DNA from: Sporomusaceae bacterium
GTDB taxonomy: Bacteria > Bacillota > Negativicutes > Acidaminococcales > JAJUGR01
Assembly: GCA_029265905.1 (NCBI GenBank)
Contig: JAJUGR010000005.1
Location: 68,753 to 132,752 of the forward strand
Length of the DNA stretch: 64,000 bases
Reading direction: 5' to 3'
Positions 22,220 through 31,446 of this stretch are shown one piece after another. Below the pieces are notes generated by a model. The model saw nothing but the letters and a program-made list of their open reading frames with translations. It made no database searches and had not been told where the DNA came from. A program made the position numbers and the translations under genes. Positions within the stretch are counted from its first letter, which is position 1. Every line of letters begins with the position of its first letter.

Positions 22220-23149
22220 ATGAAAGTTCTTGTTACTGGCGGGGCAGGTTTTATCGGCTCCCATGTTGTGGAAAAACTTATCGAAAACGAGGCGCAAGTC
22301 ACGGTCTTGGACAATTTGAGCACCGGCGTTATCCGCAACCTTCGACCGGGAGCTGTGTTTGTCAAAAAAGATATTCGGGACAAGAACCTTGCCGAATTGT
22401 TTATGCGGGAACGGTTTGACTATGTGATTCACCAGGCGGCGCAAACGATGGTTCCTAGCTCCTTGAAGGATCCCTATTTTGATTGTGACGTTAATGTTCT
22501 CGGCATGGTTAATGTATTAGAAGCTTGCCGACTGTCCGGCGTAAAACGGATTGTTTTTGCGTCAAGCGCCGCAGTTTACGGTGACGCACAAGCGCTTCCC
22601 CTTGTGGAGCGTTGCGAAAAGCGCCCGGCCTCGTTTTACGGGGAAAGCAAATTAACCGGCGAACGCTATCTTGAACTGTACCGCCGCAATTATGGCTTGG
22701 AGTACGTCGCCTTGCGCTACGCCAATGTTTACGGTGAGCGCCAGGAAGAGAGCGGCGAGGGGGGCGTAATCTGCCGGTTTCTGACCCGCTTGAGGGCTGG
22801 CGACCCCGTTGTGGTTTACGGGGATGGCGGACAAACTCGCGATTACATCTATGTAAAAGATGTTGCTGAGGCTAATTATGCGGCTTTGCTGGCGCCGGCC
22901 GCCAATCAGAGCTTCAATGTCAGCACTGCGAGGGAAACAAGTGTCAATGAACTTATTGCTGTTATGGCAAACCTGTTAGGGTGCGAGCCAGCTGTCATCA
23001 ATACCGAACCGCGCGAAGGCGATATAAGACAATCAGTGCTCGATAATACAGCGGCCATCAGGGGGCTGAACTGGCGTCCGCGCTATACGCTGGCGGAGGG
23101 GTTGCGCCTGACATCGCGTATCTGGGAGGCCAAGCGGCTGCAGGCGTAG
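22220..23149 (+). CDS. NAD-dependent nucleotide-sugar epimerase (GalE/UDP-GlcNAc 4-epimerase-like)
   Basis: TGGAGFIG, SSAAVYG, YGESK (YxxxK), RDYIYV. Confidence 0.9.
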   Translation: MKVLVTGGAGFIGSHVVEKLIENEAQVTVLDNLSTGVIRNLRPGAVFVKKDIRDKNLAELFMRERFDYVIHQAAQTMVPSSLKDPYFDCDVNVLGMVNVLEACRLSGVKRIVFASSAAVYGDAQALPLVERCEKRPASFYGESKLTGERYLELYRRNYGLEYVALRYANVYGERQEESGEGGVICRFLTRLRAGDPVVVYGDGGQTRDYIYVKDVAEANYAALLAPAANQSFNVSTARETSVNELIAVMANLLGCEPAVINTEPREGDIRQSVLDNTAAIRGLNWRPRYTLAEGLRLTSRIWEAKRLQA

Positions 23150-23188
23150 GATGGGCAGTGGCTAATATTAAAGAAGGATTGTTGATAA

Positions 23189-24742
23189 ATGACAAATAGA
23201 AGCGCTTGGCTCAACATGGCAATAATCACCTGCATCGCTGGCAGCCTGATGTTTTCTTATCTCGACAGCCAGCCGTTATTGGATCCGGATGAACCGGTAT
23301 ATGCCGAAACGGCTCGGGAAATGATCCAATATAATGATTTTATCTCCCCGCGCATTTATGGGAACTACTGGTACGACAAGCCGCCGATGTATTATTGGCT
23401 GGTGGCGGGGGCATTTAAAGCCTTTGGCGATGGCGAATTTGCGGCGCGGTTTCCCTCGGCCCTGCTGGCGGTCGGCGGCGCTGTGCTGGTTTACCTGTCT
23501 GGCCGCAAGCTTTTCAGCGAGCGGGCCGGCTTGTTGGCGGCCTTGGTGTCAGCAACCAGCCTGGAGTATTTTTACTTAGGCAATGCGGCTGTTACAGACA
23601 TGACGCTGACCTTCTTTTTGACGGCGGCTTTGCTTTCGTTTCTACACCGCAAATATTACCTGCTGTATGCTTTTGCTGCGCTGGCCGTGGTGACGAAGGG
23701 GCCGGTGGGCGTTTTCTTTTGCGGGACAATCATCGGCGCCTACCTGCTGGTTACAGGAAGCGTGGGTGAGCTTACCCGCATGAAGCTTATGCGCGGGGCG
23801 GGGCTATTTTGCCTTATTGCCTTGCCTTGGTATTTGGCCATGTATGCGATTCATGGCATGGCGTTCATTGACACGTTTTTGGGTTTTCATAATGTGACAC
23901 GGTTTTTACAGCCGGAACATCCGTCGGGTAAATTGTGGTATTTTTATCTTCCCGTTCTGATTATCGGTTTTTTTCCGTGGACGGCCTTCTTGGGACAGGC
24001 GGTTTGGGCGGGAATCAGAGAAGCGGGGGGCAATCGCAAGGCGCGCATCTTCTTGGTTCTGTGGGCGGCAATCGTCTTTTTGTTCTTCTCCGCATCGCAA
24101 ACAAAGCTGGTTTCCTATATTCTGCCGATGTACCCGCCGCTGGCACTGTTGGTCGGCTGGTACTTTGACAAAGCTTGGACTGATCAGCGTTATGGGAGTC
24201 TGAAAGGTGCGGCGGCCGCCTTTGTGCTGACCATTATTCTCTTAGCGGCAGGCTTGCTATACGCCGGGACGGCAGTATCGGGGGCGCTTTTGCTGCCCGT
24301 TAAGCTCCTGGCGGGTTTTTTAGCGCTGCCGGCCTGTGCGGCAGCGTTCTACAGCCTGCGCGGCAACTTCCGCGCTGTGTTTGCCACGCATATAGCGGGG
24401 ATGTTGCTGTTTACAGCCTTGTTAATGACGCAAGTCCTTCCCGTTATTGTGCCCGGCGTCTCCGTGAAGGCGTTTGTCGGCGTTTTTAAACAGCATTATG
24501 ACGGCAAGGCGCCGGTATACGTGGCCAAGTTTTACCGGCCCGGTTTCATGTATTACAGCGGCATGACGGGGGTCGAGCTTGACGTGAAGGAAGAACTGCA
24601 GCTTGCCGTCAGCAAACAAAGCAAGGCCTATTTTATCATGCAGAAGTCGCAGTTTGAAAAAGCCCCGGCGGCAGTAAAGGACAGCGTACAGGTCATCGCC
24701 GTCCAAGAGGACAAGATCTTGTTTGTGAAAAACAGCAACTGA
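23189..24742 (+). CDS. ArnT/GT83 family glycosyltransferase, copy 1
   Basis: DPDEPVYA, DKPPMYYW, TKGPVG, TKLVSYILP; many TMs. Confidence 0.9.
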   Translation: MTNRSAWLNMAIITCIAGSLMFSYLDSQPLLDPDEPVYAETAREMIQYNDFISPRIYGNYWYDKPPMYYWLVAGAFKAFGDGEFAARFPSALLAVGGAVLVYLSGRKLFSERAGLLAALVSATSLEYFYLGNAAVTDMTLTFFLTAALLSFLHRKYYLLYAFAALAVVTKGPVGVFFCGTIIGAYLLVTGSVGELTRMKLMRGAGLFCLIALPWYLAMYAIHGMAFIDTFLGFHNVTRFLQPEHPSGKLWYFYLPVLIIGFFPWTAFLGQAVWAGIREAGGNRKARIFLVLWAAIVFLFFSASQTKLVSYILPMYPPLALLVGWYFDKAWTDQRYGSLKGAAAAFVLTIILLAAGLLYAGTAVSGALLLPVKLLAGFLALPACAAAFYSLRGNFRAVFATHIAGMLLFTALLMTQVLPVIVPGVSVKAFVGVFKQHYDGKAPVYVAKFYRPGFMYYSGMTGVELDVKEELQLAVSKQSKAYFIMQKSQFEKAPAAVKDSVQVIAVQEDKILFVKNSN

Positions 24743-24764
24743 CCGGTATCTTGGAGGGTAAAAT

Positions 24765-26429
24765 ATGAATTTTGTTGTGCGGATTGCAATTATGCAAAAT
24801 CGATCTTTGACCTACGGGGCCGTCTTTCTGGCGTCGTTCTTGCTCTACCTCCTGTTTAGCGCGCAGTTGCCGGTCACGGATCCGGTGGAATCAAATTACG
24901 CGCTGACCGCCAAGGAAATGGTCGAAACGGCCGATTGGCTGTCGCCGCGCATTTACGGGAATGTGTGGTATGATAAGCCCGTATTCTTTTACTGGCTTAT
25001 CGCACTGTCGTTCAAGCTTTTCGGCCTTACCGAATTGGCCGCCCGCTTGGTTCCGGCCTTGTTTGCCGCCGGCGGTCTGACCTTTCTATATTGGTTTGCG
25101 AAGGTAGTTGCTGACAAGACGACTGCCCTTGCAGCGGTTGTGATTTTAGGCACCTCCGTTGAGTATGTCATGTTGGCCAAGTTGATCATTACGGATATGG
25201 TGTTCTTTTGGTTTAACAGCCTCGCCCTGGCCCTCTTTTATCTCGGATACGGCAGGTGGCGCGGGACAAAAAAGTGGTATCTTGCCATGTACGTCTGTCT
25301 GGCGCTGGCCGTGCTGACCAAGGGGCCGGTTGGACTGCTTTTGCCGGGGCTGGTGATGATCATTTATATTGGCCTCGAGCGCAACTGGTCTGAACTGAAA
25401 AACATGTCAATCCCGTTGGGAATCATCCTGTTTGCCTTTGTGGCTGTCCCTTGGTATGCAGCTATGTATCTTGCGCATGGGTCTGACTTTATCAGTACGT
25501 TTTTCGGCGTGCATAATTATCTGCGGGCGACCGTGTCGGAACATCCTAAGGACAACGTCGCCTATTACTATGTTGTTGTGTTTTTTCTTAGCCTGCTTCC
25601 CTGGTCTGCGGTTGCCGCAAAGGCGATCATAGCAGGATTTAAATCGTTTCGCGCAGAATCTTCAGCAATAAGCTTGTTTTGTCTGGTTTGGACAGCTGTT
25701 TATTTCATCTTTTACTCGCTGATGGCGACAAAATACCTCACTTATATTTTCCCGATCCTGTTTCCGGCCTCAATCCTGACCGGCGTGTACCTGGCAAATG
25801 TTTTTGCCAAAGGCGATAGCAAGACGATTGCTTATTGGTGCGGCATGCCGGCCGGCTTTGCGGCGCTGGTCTATACAGCGGTCGCGTGGCGATATTTGAC
25901 GGGGGCTGGCTTGGCGGTTGCGGCAATTAGTTTGTTGGCGCCGCTGGCCTTTGTCTGGCGGCGCGCCGGAGAGGGGAAGGATGCGACCTGGCTATTCAAG
26001 CATCTCGTCGCCTGTCAGCTCGTTTCTTTGCTGACGTTATCCGTGCTTGTTTTTCCGGCCATTGCCAGCAGCCGGTCGGCAAAAGACATGGCAAACACCA
26101 TTTCGGATATCGCGGTTTCAAAGGTCGGTCACTACCGCTTTTACGACACTTCAGCCGTTTTTTATGGCGGCGCTGTCGCCGTCAAGCTGTTGTCCCCGGA
26201 TGAGCTGCAATCAGAGGCGGCGGGCGGCCTGACCTGGACCAAAAAATACACAATGCCCGCGCAAACGCTGGCAGATTTTTTGTCTGGGGATCCAGCGGCG
26301 GTCGTTGTGGTGCCTGACAAATTGGTTGCTCAATTCAGCGCGGAAGCCGGGCCGTTCGAGCCGGAACTGATAAAAAGCGCTAACGGACACCACTATTATC
26401 TGGTTAATCACGGAATGTCAAGACGATAA
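24765..26429 (+). CDS. ArnT/GT83 family glycosyltransferase, copy 2
   Basis: DPVESNYA, DKPVFFYW, TKGPVG, TKYLTYIFP. Confidence 0.9.
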   Translation: MNFVVRIAIMQNRSLTYGAVFLASFLLYLLFSAQLPVTDPVESNYALTAKEMVETADWLSPRIYGNVWYDKPVFFYWLIALSFKLFGLTELAARLVPALFAAGGLTFLYWFAKVVADKTTALAAVVILGTSVEYVMLAKLIITDMVFFWFNSLALALFYLGYGRWRGTKKWYLAMYVCLALAVLTKGPVGLLLPGLVMIIYIGLERNWSELKNMSIPLGIILFAFVAVPWYAAMYLAHGSDFISTFFGVHNYLRATVSEHPKDNVAYYYVVVFFLSLLPWSAVAAKAIIAGFKSFRAESSAISLFCLVWTAVYFIFYSLMATKYLTYIFPILFPASILTGVYLANVFAKGDSKTIAYWCGMPAGFAALVYTAVAWRYLTGAGLAVAAISLLAPLAFVWRRAGEGKDATWLFKHLVACQLVSLLTLSVLVFPAIASSRSAKDMANTISDIAVSKVGHYRFYDTSAVFYGGAVAVKLLSPDELQSEAAGGLTWTKKYTMPAQTLADFLSGDPAAVVVVPDKLVAQFSAEAGPFEPELIKSANGHHYYLVNHGMSRR

Positions 26430-26441
26430 GGGGCGCTTAGG

Positions 26442-27122
26442 ATGCGGCTGTTGCTTGCGGAAGATGACGTTAAATTAGGCAATTTGCTTAAACACTTGTT
26501 GGAAAAGGAAGCCATCCAGGTCGATTGGGTGGTGCGCGGCGACACGGCGATCGATTACGCCCTTTATTCAGCGTATGATGTCATTGTTTTAGACTGGATG
26601 ATGCCGGGTGAAACCGGGATTAACGTGTGCGATTTTTTGCGCAAGCAACACTACCAAGGGGCCATTTTGATGCTCACGGCAAAAGATGCAGTCAGCGACC
26701 GGGTGCTGGGGTTGGACACGGGGGCTGACGATTATCTTGTGAAGCCTTTTGAATATTCCGAGTTGCTGGCAAGGGTGCGGGCGCTGGCGCGGCGCAGCAG
26801 TTTCCAGCTGAAGGAGGATGTGCTGGCGGTTGGCGGATTGCTGCTGAATCGCTCGACCCGCAGCGTGCTGCATGGAGCGGAAGAAATTCAGCTAAGCGCA
26901 AGGGAGTTCCAGCTGCTTGAATTGCTGGCGCAAAATAGCGGCAAGGTTGTGCCTAGGGACGTGATTCTAGACAGAGTCTGGGGCTTGGATGCGGAGGTTT
27001 CTTCCAACAATCTGGATGCCTATGTCCGTCTGCTGCGCAAGAAGCTGCCGGAGGGGAGCGGCGTGGAAATACAGAATATCAGGGGGATAGGCTTCAAACT
27101 GGAGGCGCAGCATGTTTTCTGA
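26442..27122 (+). CDS. OmpR/PhoB-family response regulator
   Basis: LLAEDD, LDWMMP, GADDYLVKPF, winged helix (LRKK...IRGIG). Confidence 0.94.
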   Translation: MRLLLAEDDVKLGNLLKHLLEKEAIQVDWVVRGDTAIDYALYSAYDVIVLDWMMPGETGINVCDFLRKQHYQGAILMLTAKDAVSDRVLGLDTGADDYLVKPFEYSELLARVRALARRSSFQLKEDVLAVGGLLLNRSTRSVLHGAEEIQLSAREFQLLELLAQNSGKVVPRDVILDRVWGLDAEVSSNNLDAYVRLLRKKLPEGSGVEIQNIRGIGFKLEAQHVF

Positions 27123-28410
27123 AATCCGCAACCGGCTGACGGCTCAATATACTGCCGTCATGGCTGTTTTTCTATTGGCGTTCATTGTCAGCACCTATTC
27201 GGCTGTGCTTTGGGTGCTCTATCGTGAAGAGCAACGTGCGATAAAGGCCTTTTTGGACGAGGAGACAAGAGAACACGTCGTGACGCTTAAAGACAGCGAA
27301 GGCACCAATTTGACAGGGAGCAATGACAATAGCATCGCCGAGGCCAAATTGTTTTCATATGTCTACGACCGCACAGGACGGCTGATTGCGGCAGAATTTC
27401 CTCCCGCGCCAATGCGTTTTGCTGTTGAAGCGGCAATGCGGGATTGGCGGGCGCCCGATGGCGTGGGGAAGATCAGGCGGCATCGCTTAAGCAATGGGGA
27501 AACGGCAATTTACATTATGGCAAGCACTCAGGTTGTCGAGGCTGACACTGTCTTAGGCACCGTTTATGTGGGCGAAGACATTACTTCCTACTATGAGGTG
27601 CTCAAGTTGACTCTGCTTATTTTAGCAGTGGGAGCCATAATATTCCTTTTGTGCGCTGCCTATCTTGGGCACCTATTGGCGGGCAAGGCCATCGTTCCGG
27701 TAAGGCAGTCGTTTTTCCGACAACGCGAATTTGTTGCCGACGCATCCCATGAACTGCGGACGCCGCTTGCCGTGCTCTTAACCTCGGTTGATGTCGTACA
27801 AAGAGACGACGGGAACCGGTTGACGCCTTTTTCCTCGGCGACCTTAGACGATATGAAAAGCGAGATTCGGCGAATGACAAAGATTGTTGCGGACTTGCTC
27901 ACGTTGGCTCGCGCTGATGCGGGCGCTGTCAATATCGTCAAAGAGCAAGTTGATTTGGCTGCTGTAACCGGTCAAATCGTCCGTTCGTTTCAGCCGCTTG
28001 CTGACGACAAGGGGATTAAGTTGGAGTTGGCGAATCCAAGCAAGCTGATCATCTTAGCTGACCGGGAAAGAATCAGCCAGCTGCTGTTGATCTTGATCGA
28101 CAATGCGCTGAAGTACACCCCTTCCGGTGGCACGGTCAAAGTGGCGCTTGAGACGGCAATGGGGAAGAAGCCGGGTGTCGTCATTTCGGTGGCCGACACA
28201 GGCATCGGCATCGAAAGCGAGTATCAAGACCTTGTCTTTGAGCGCTTTTATCGGGCTGATAAGGCTCGGTCGCGTGAAGAGGGCGGCAGCGGTCTCGGTC
28301 TGTCGATCGCAAAATGGATCGTCCAAGCGCACGGAGGAACGATCAGGGTGGAGAGCGTAGTGGGGAAGGGCAGCACTTTCATCGTGACCGTTCCAAGTCA
28401 ATTTCCGTAA
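27112..28410 (+). CDS. Sensor histidine kinase
   Basis: Two TMs, ASHELRTPL H-box, DNALKY, DTGIG, GSGLGL. Confidence 0.94.
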   Translation: MFSEIRNRLTAQYTAVMAVFLLAFIVSTYSAVLWVLYREEQRAIKAFLDEETREHVVTLKDSEGTNLTGSNDNSIAEAKLFSYVYDRTGRLIAAEFPPAPMRFAVEAAMRDWRAPDGVGKIRRHRLSNGETAIYIMASTQVVEADTVLGTVYVGEDITSYYEVLKLTLLILAVGAIIFLLCAAYLGHLLAGKAIVPVRQSFFRQREFVADASHELRTPLAVLLTSVDVVQRDDGNRLTPFSSATLDDMKSEIRRMTKIVADLLTLARADAGAVNIVKEQVDLAAVTGQIVRSFQPLADDKGIKLELANPSKLIILADRERISQLLLILIDNALKYTPSGGTVKVALETAMGKKPGVVISVADTGIGIESEYQDLVFERFYRADKARSREEGGSGLGLSIAKWIVQAHGGTIRVESVVGKGSTFIVTVPSQFP

Positions 28411-28508
28411 CGGGCTTGAGCGGAACTGCCTGAAAACGAGGTATAAGCACACCCCCCGGCGCCATCTTGGGAGGGGTGACTGCAAGTTTCAATCAAATGG
28501 ATAAAACA

Positions 28509-28537
28509 AAAAAGGCTTTGCATTTCTGCAAAGCCTT
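28509..28537 (-). terminator. Terminator downstream of tRNA-Ala
   Basis: AAGGCTTTGCA-tttc-TGCAAAGCCTT hairpin with A-run on + (T-run on -). Confidence 0.75.
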
Positions 28538-28545
28538 GTGATTTC

Positions 28546-28621
<76 letters not shown>

Positions 28622-28647
28622 AGTTGCTGTCGCTGCCGACATAAGAT

Positions 28648-28676
28648 ATATTAACCGATCATCATCAATCTGTCAA
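28648..28676 (-). promoter_or_regulatory. Sigma-A promoter of tRNA-Ala
   Basis: TTGACA-17-TAATAT on the minus strand. Confidence 0.75.
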
Positions 28677-28689
28677 CGGTTTTTAACAA

Positions 28690-28735
28690 AATAAAATTTA
28701 TTATTTCATTGTATAATGAAATAATAAATTTTATT
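28690..28735. repeat. Perfect 21-bp AT-rich inverted repeat with 4-nt spacer
   Basis: AATAAAATTTATTATTTCATT-gtat-AATGAAATAATAAATTTTATT. Confidence 0.95.
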
Positions 28736-28789
28736 GCTTAACGAACCCATGTATAATCAAGTTGTGAAGAGAAAAATAATGTAGACAGG

Positions 28790-29938
28790 GTGATGGCAAT
28801 GGCGACGTTAATGCGCCTTCTTCTTATTGGCCTGTTTTTACTCGGGGGTATTGCATTCGCCGATTTTGAGCGGGAGACAGAGGCCGCGGATTTGTTTGTC
28901 CGCGAAAATGCGACAATCGAGAGGGGCCAGCGCGTCGGACGCTTGTTCGGCACTGGGGCTGAGGTGGCAGTCAGCGGCGTGGTGGAAAAAGGCGTCGTCT
29001 TAGTCGACGGCGATTTGGTCTTGACCTCAAGCGCGCGGATTAAAGGGCCGATTATCGTTGTTGGCGGCGACGTCAAACGCGAGGCAGGGGCGCAGCTAGA
29101 AAAAACCGTGCTGATAATGGCGCCAGGTGCGTCGCCGTATGCCGGCAAGCTTATCGCTGGCTTTTTCAGCATGCTGGCCTTTTTCATAGTGGCCCTGCCG
29201 GCAAGCTTATGGCCCTTGCTGGAACTGCTCAAAAAGAGTTCGTTTTGTCGAAACGCGGCGGCGTTTCTGGGCCTGCTGCAGTGGCGCTGGCCGGCGTTAT
29301 ACATCATTCTCGCTCTAGCAATCAGTGGATTTATGATGGCCTTGTTTGCCGAGTTAGCGTGGGAGACCTTGTTTCGGCAACAGATGGATGCCGTCGACAA
29401 CGTGTTCATCTGGCTAGTGCGCTACTATGCCAATCCAAGCTTGGATTTGATTATGGTCGCCTTGTCTGATTTGGGGTCCGGCTTTTCGTTTGGCTTGATT
29501 GCCGTATTCACATTTTTGAGATTGATTTCTGGCCGAAGGTGGTTGGAATCCGCATCTCTGACGCTTTGCCTGGGGGGGGCTGTGCTCTTGAACACGTTGT
29601 TGAAGCATTTGTTTGAGCGCAGCCGGCCGGATTATCTCCGGGTAGTCGAGGTGTCCGGTTACAGCTTTCCCAGCGGACACGCAATGGTTTCTCTTTGCTT
29701 TTACGGTATGCTGGCATTGGTAATTATTCGTCAGCTTGCTGATTGGCGACTTCGCTTGGTGGTTGTGATGGCAACAATGGGACTGGTTGCCGGAATCGGC
29801 ATCAGTCGGGTTTATTTGGGCGTTCACTACCCGTCGGATGTAGCAGCAGGGTATGCGGCAGGCGGAATGTGGCTTGCTTTTTGCATATCGTTGTTTTTTT
29901 ATTGGTCGAAAAACGGATTGCGCAATGACGGATACTGA
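28790..29938 (+). CDS. PAP2-family membrane phosphatase with N-terminal exported beta-helix (bactofilin-like) domain
   Basis: KHLFERSRP, SFPSGH, SRVYLGVHYPSDV motifs; signal peptide then V/G-rich repeats. Confidence 0.85.
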   Translation: MMAMATLMRLLLIGLFLLGGIAFADFERETEAADLFVRENATIERGQRVGRLFGTGAEVAVSGVVEKGVVLVDGDLVLTSSARIKGPIIVVGGDVKREAGAQLEKTVLIMAPGASPYAGKLIAGFFSMLAFFIVALPASLWPLLELLKKSSFCRNAAAFLGLLQWRWPALYIILALAISGFMMALFAELAWETLFRQQMDAVDNVFIWLVRYYANPSLDLIMVALSDLGSGFSFGLIAVFTFLRLISGRRWLESASLTLCLGGAVLLNTLLKHLFERSRPDYLRVVEVSGYSFPSGHAMVSLCFYGMLALVIIRQLADWRLRLVVVMATMGLVAGIGISRVYLGVHYPSDVAAGYAAGGMWLAFCISLFFYWSKNGLRNDGY

Positions 29939-29983
29939 CAACAGGCGGGGGAATTTCCGTCGCCGAAATAGCGGGCGCGTAAA

Positions 29984-30038
29984 AACAAAGCAGAGCGTCG
30001 TTAGCTTGAATCGAAGGCTAACGACGCTCTGCTTTGTT
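29984..30038. terminator. Long hairpin between convergent PAP2 and dinB-like genes
   Basis: 22-bp perfect stem AACAAAGCAGAGCGTCGTTAGC / GCTAACGACGCTCTGCTTTGTT. Confidence 0.75.
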
Positions 30039-30962
30039 GGCCGGAAAGGGGGCTTCTTTTGAATGAAACGACGATAACTGACGATCGGTCAGCATGACGC
30101 AGCGCTGGATGCTCTCTGCCCCGAAGCGGGCGCGGATTTTGTCGATCGTTGACTCAAGAAGATCGGCTTCCGGATGTTCGACATCAAACAGGGAGAGCTG
30201 GTTGTGGCAATCGACCGGCACAAGATCCGAGACTTGAACGCCAAGGCTGCGGATGGTGCAGTTCCAGCGCCAATTGGCACCAAACAAGCGCAGGGCTTGC
30301 TGCGCAATTTCATCCGAGCGGTTTGTGGCGGCGGGCAATTTGGCTTGACGTTCAATGACGTCGAGGGCTTCATTGCGGATTGATATGGCGAGCGTCCGTC
30401 CTTTTAACCCGCGTTTGCGCAGGCGCGCGGCCACGCACTCTGCCAAACTGAAGAAAATTATCTTAACGTCGTTTTCACAGGTTAGATCGCGGGGAGAAGT
30501 TGTGCTATTGCTGATTGATTTGATATCGCTCACTCCATCTGGCGGAACGACGGGGTCGCTGTCACGACCGTTGGCGAAGCGCCAGAGTGCTTCGCCGCTC
30601 TTGCCCAACAGCAAGGAAAGCGAATGCGGATCGCGTCGGGCCAAGTCGCCGATCGTGAAGATCGCGCGGTTGGCCAGTCTGCGCTGGGTCGCTTTGCCAA
30701 CATACAGCAGGTCGCCGACCGGCAGCGGCCAAACGAGTTGCTGGAAATTGGCGGCGGAAATTTTTGCCTTCGCCTGCCAGATGGTCTCAGCTGTTTTCAC
30801 GCCGCAATTTTTTGCCAACTGATTTTTAGATAAGACGATGCCTTGCCGCTGGGCGGCATCCCCGCATACGGCCATCGGCTTTTGTGCTGCCTCGGGGTGG
30901 AAGAGGCAGGCTACAGAGGCGAAAAAATTATTCAAATCGACGTGCAAAATAGTTCTCGTCAA
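30018..30962 (-). pseudogene. dinB: Y-family DNA polymerase IV (DinB) homolog with in-frame internal deletion of the catalytic palm segment (pseudogene or inactive paralog)
   Basis: ILHVDLNNFFASV, AKNCGVKT, LPVGDLLYVG, KSISNSTT, IRSLGV, IDKIRARFG are present; the SIDE/GLDE motif and S.G...NK..AK region are absent. Confidence 0.75.
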
Positions 30963-30979
30963 GATAACACCTCGATTAA

Positions 30980-31027
30980 CAAACGTTTGTTTGCTAATAG
31001 TATAAAAGAATCATGCCGTTTTTGCAA
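30980..31027 (-). promoter_or_regulatory. dinB promoter with putative LexA (SOS) box
   Basis: TTGCAA-17-TATACT on minus; CAAAC-GTTT-GTTTG at 30980-30993 resembles Firmicute CGAAC-N4-GTTCG. Confidence 0.65.
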
Positions 31028-31282
31028 TTGCAGGGTTGCATCATTGCTGCGCGCTTTTTCGCTGCAAGCTGCTTTCTTATGGGTTGGCGGCCGGTTTACA
31101 GGCGACCGAATGGACCGGCATATTTGAAAAATTGCGAATCTGCCTTGGGGCGCCAACTAGTAACAAATGTCCGCCAAATGTTTACAAACACTATTGAAGT
31201 GTACAAATAGATATATAAAATGAGCAAAAAGCGATTTTTAGCCGAAAAGTGCTGAAAATACTTCAAAAATACTGTATACGAT

Positions 31283-31311
31283 TTGACGAGAAGGTTTGCA
31301 GGGTCTATAAT
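31283..31311 (+). promoter_or_regulatory. Sigma-A promoter of gltBD
   Basis: TTGACG-17-TATAAT; CodY-like AACATTCTGATAATT downstream at 31364-31378. Confidence 0.75.
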
Positions 31312-31446
31312 TTATTTTGCAACATTTGGTGTGGATTTTCAGCACTAATGTGTATGCGCAGTGAACATTCTGATAATTTCAAACAACTTTAGCACAGATG
31401 TTTGCAAAGCAAAAACATACTTAAAAGAGAAGGCAGGTTGGTGATA

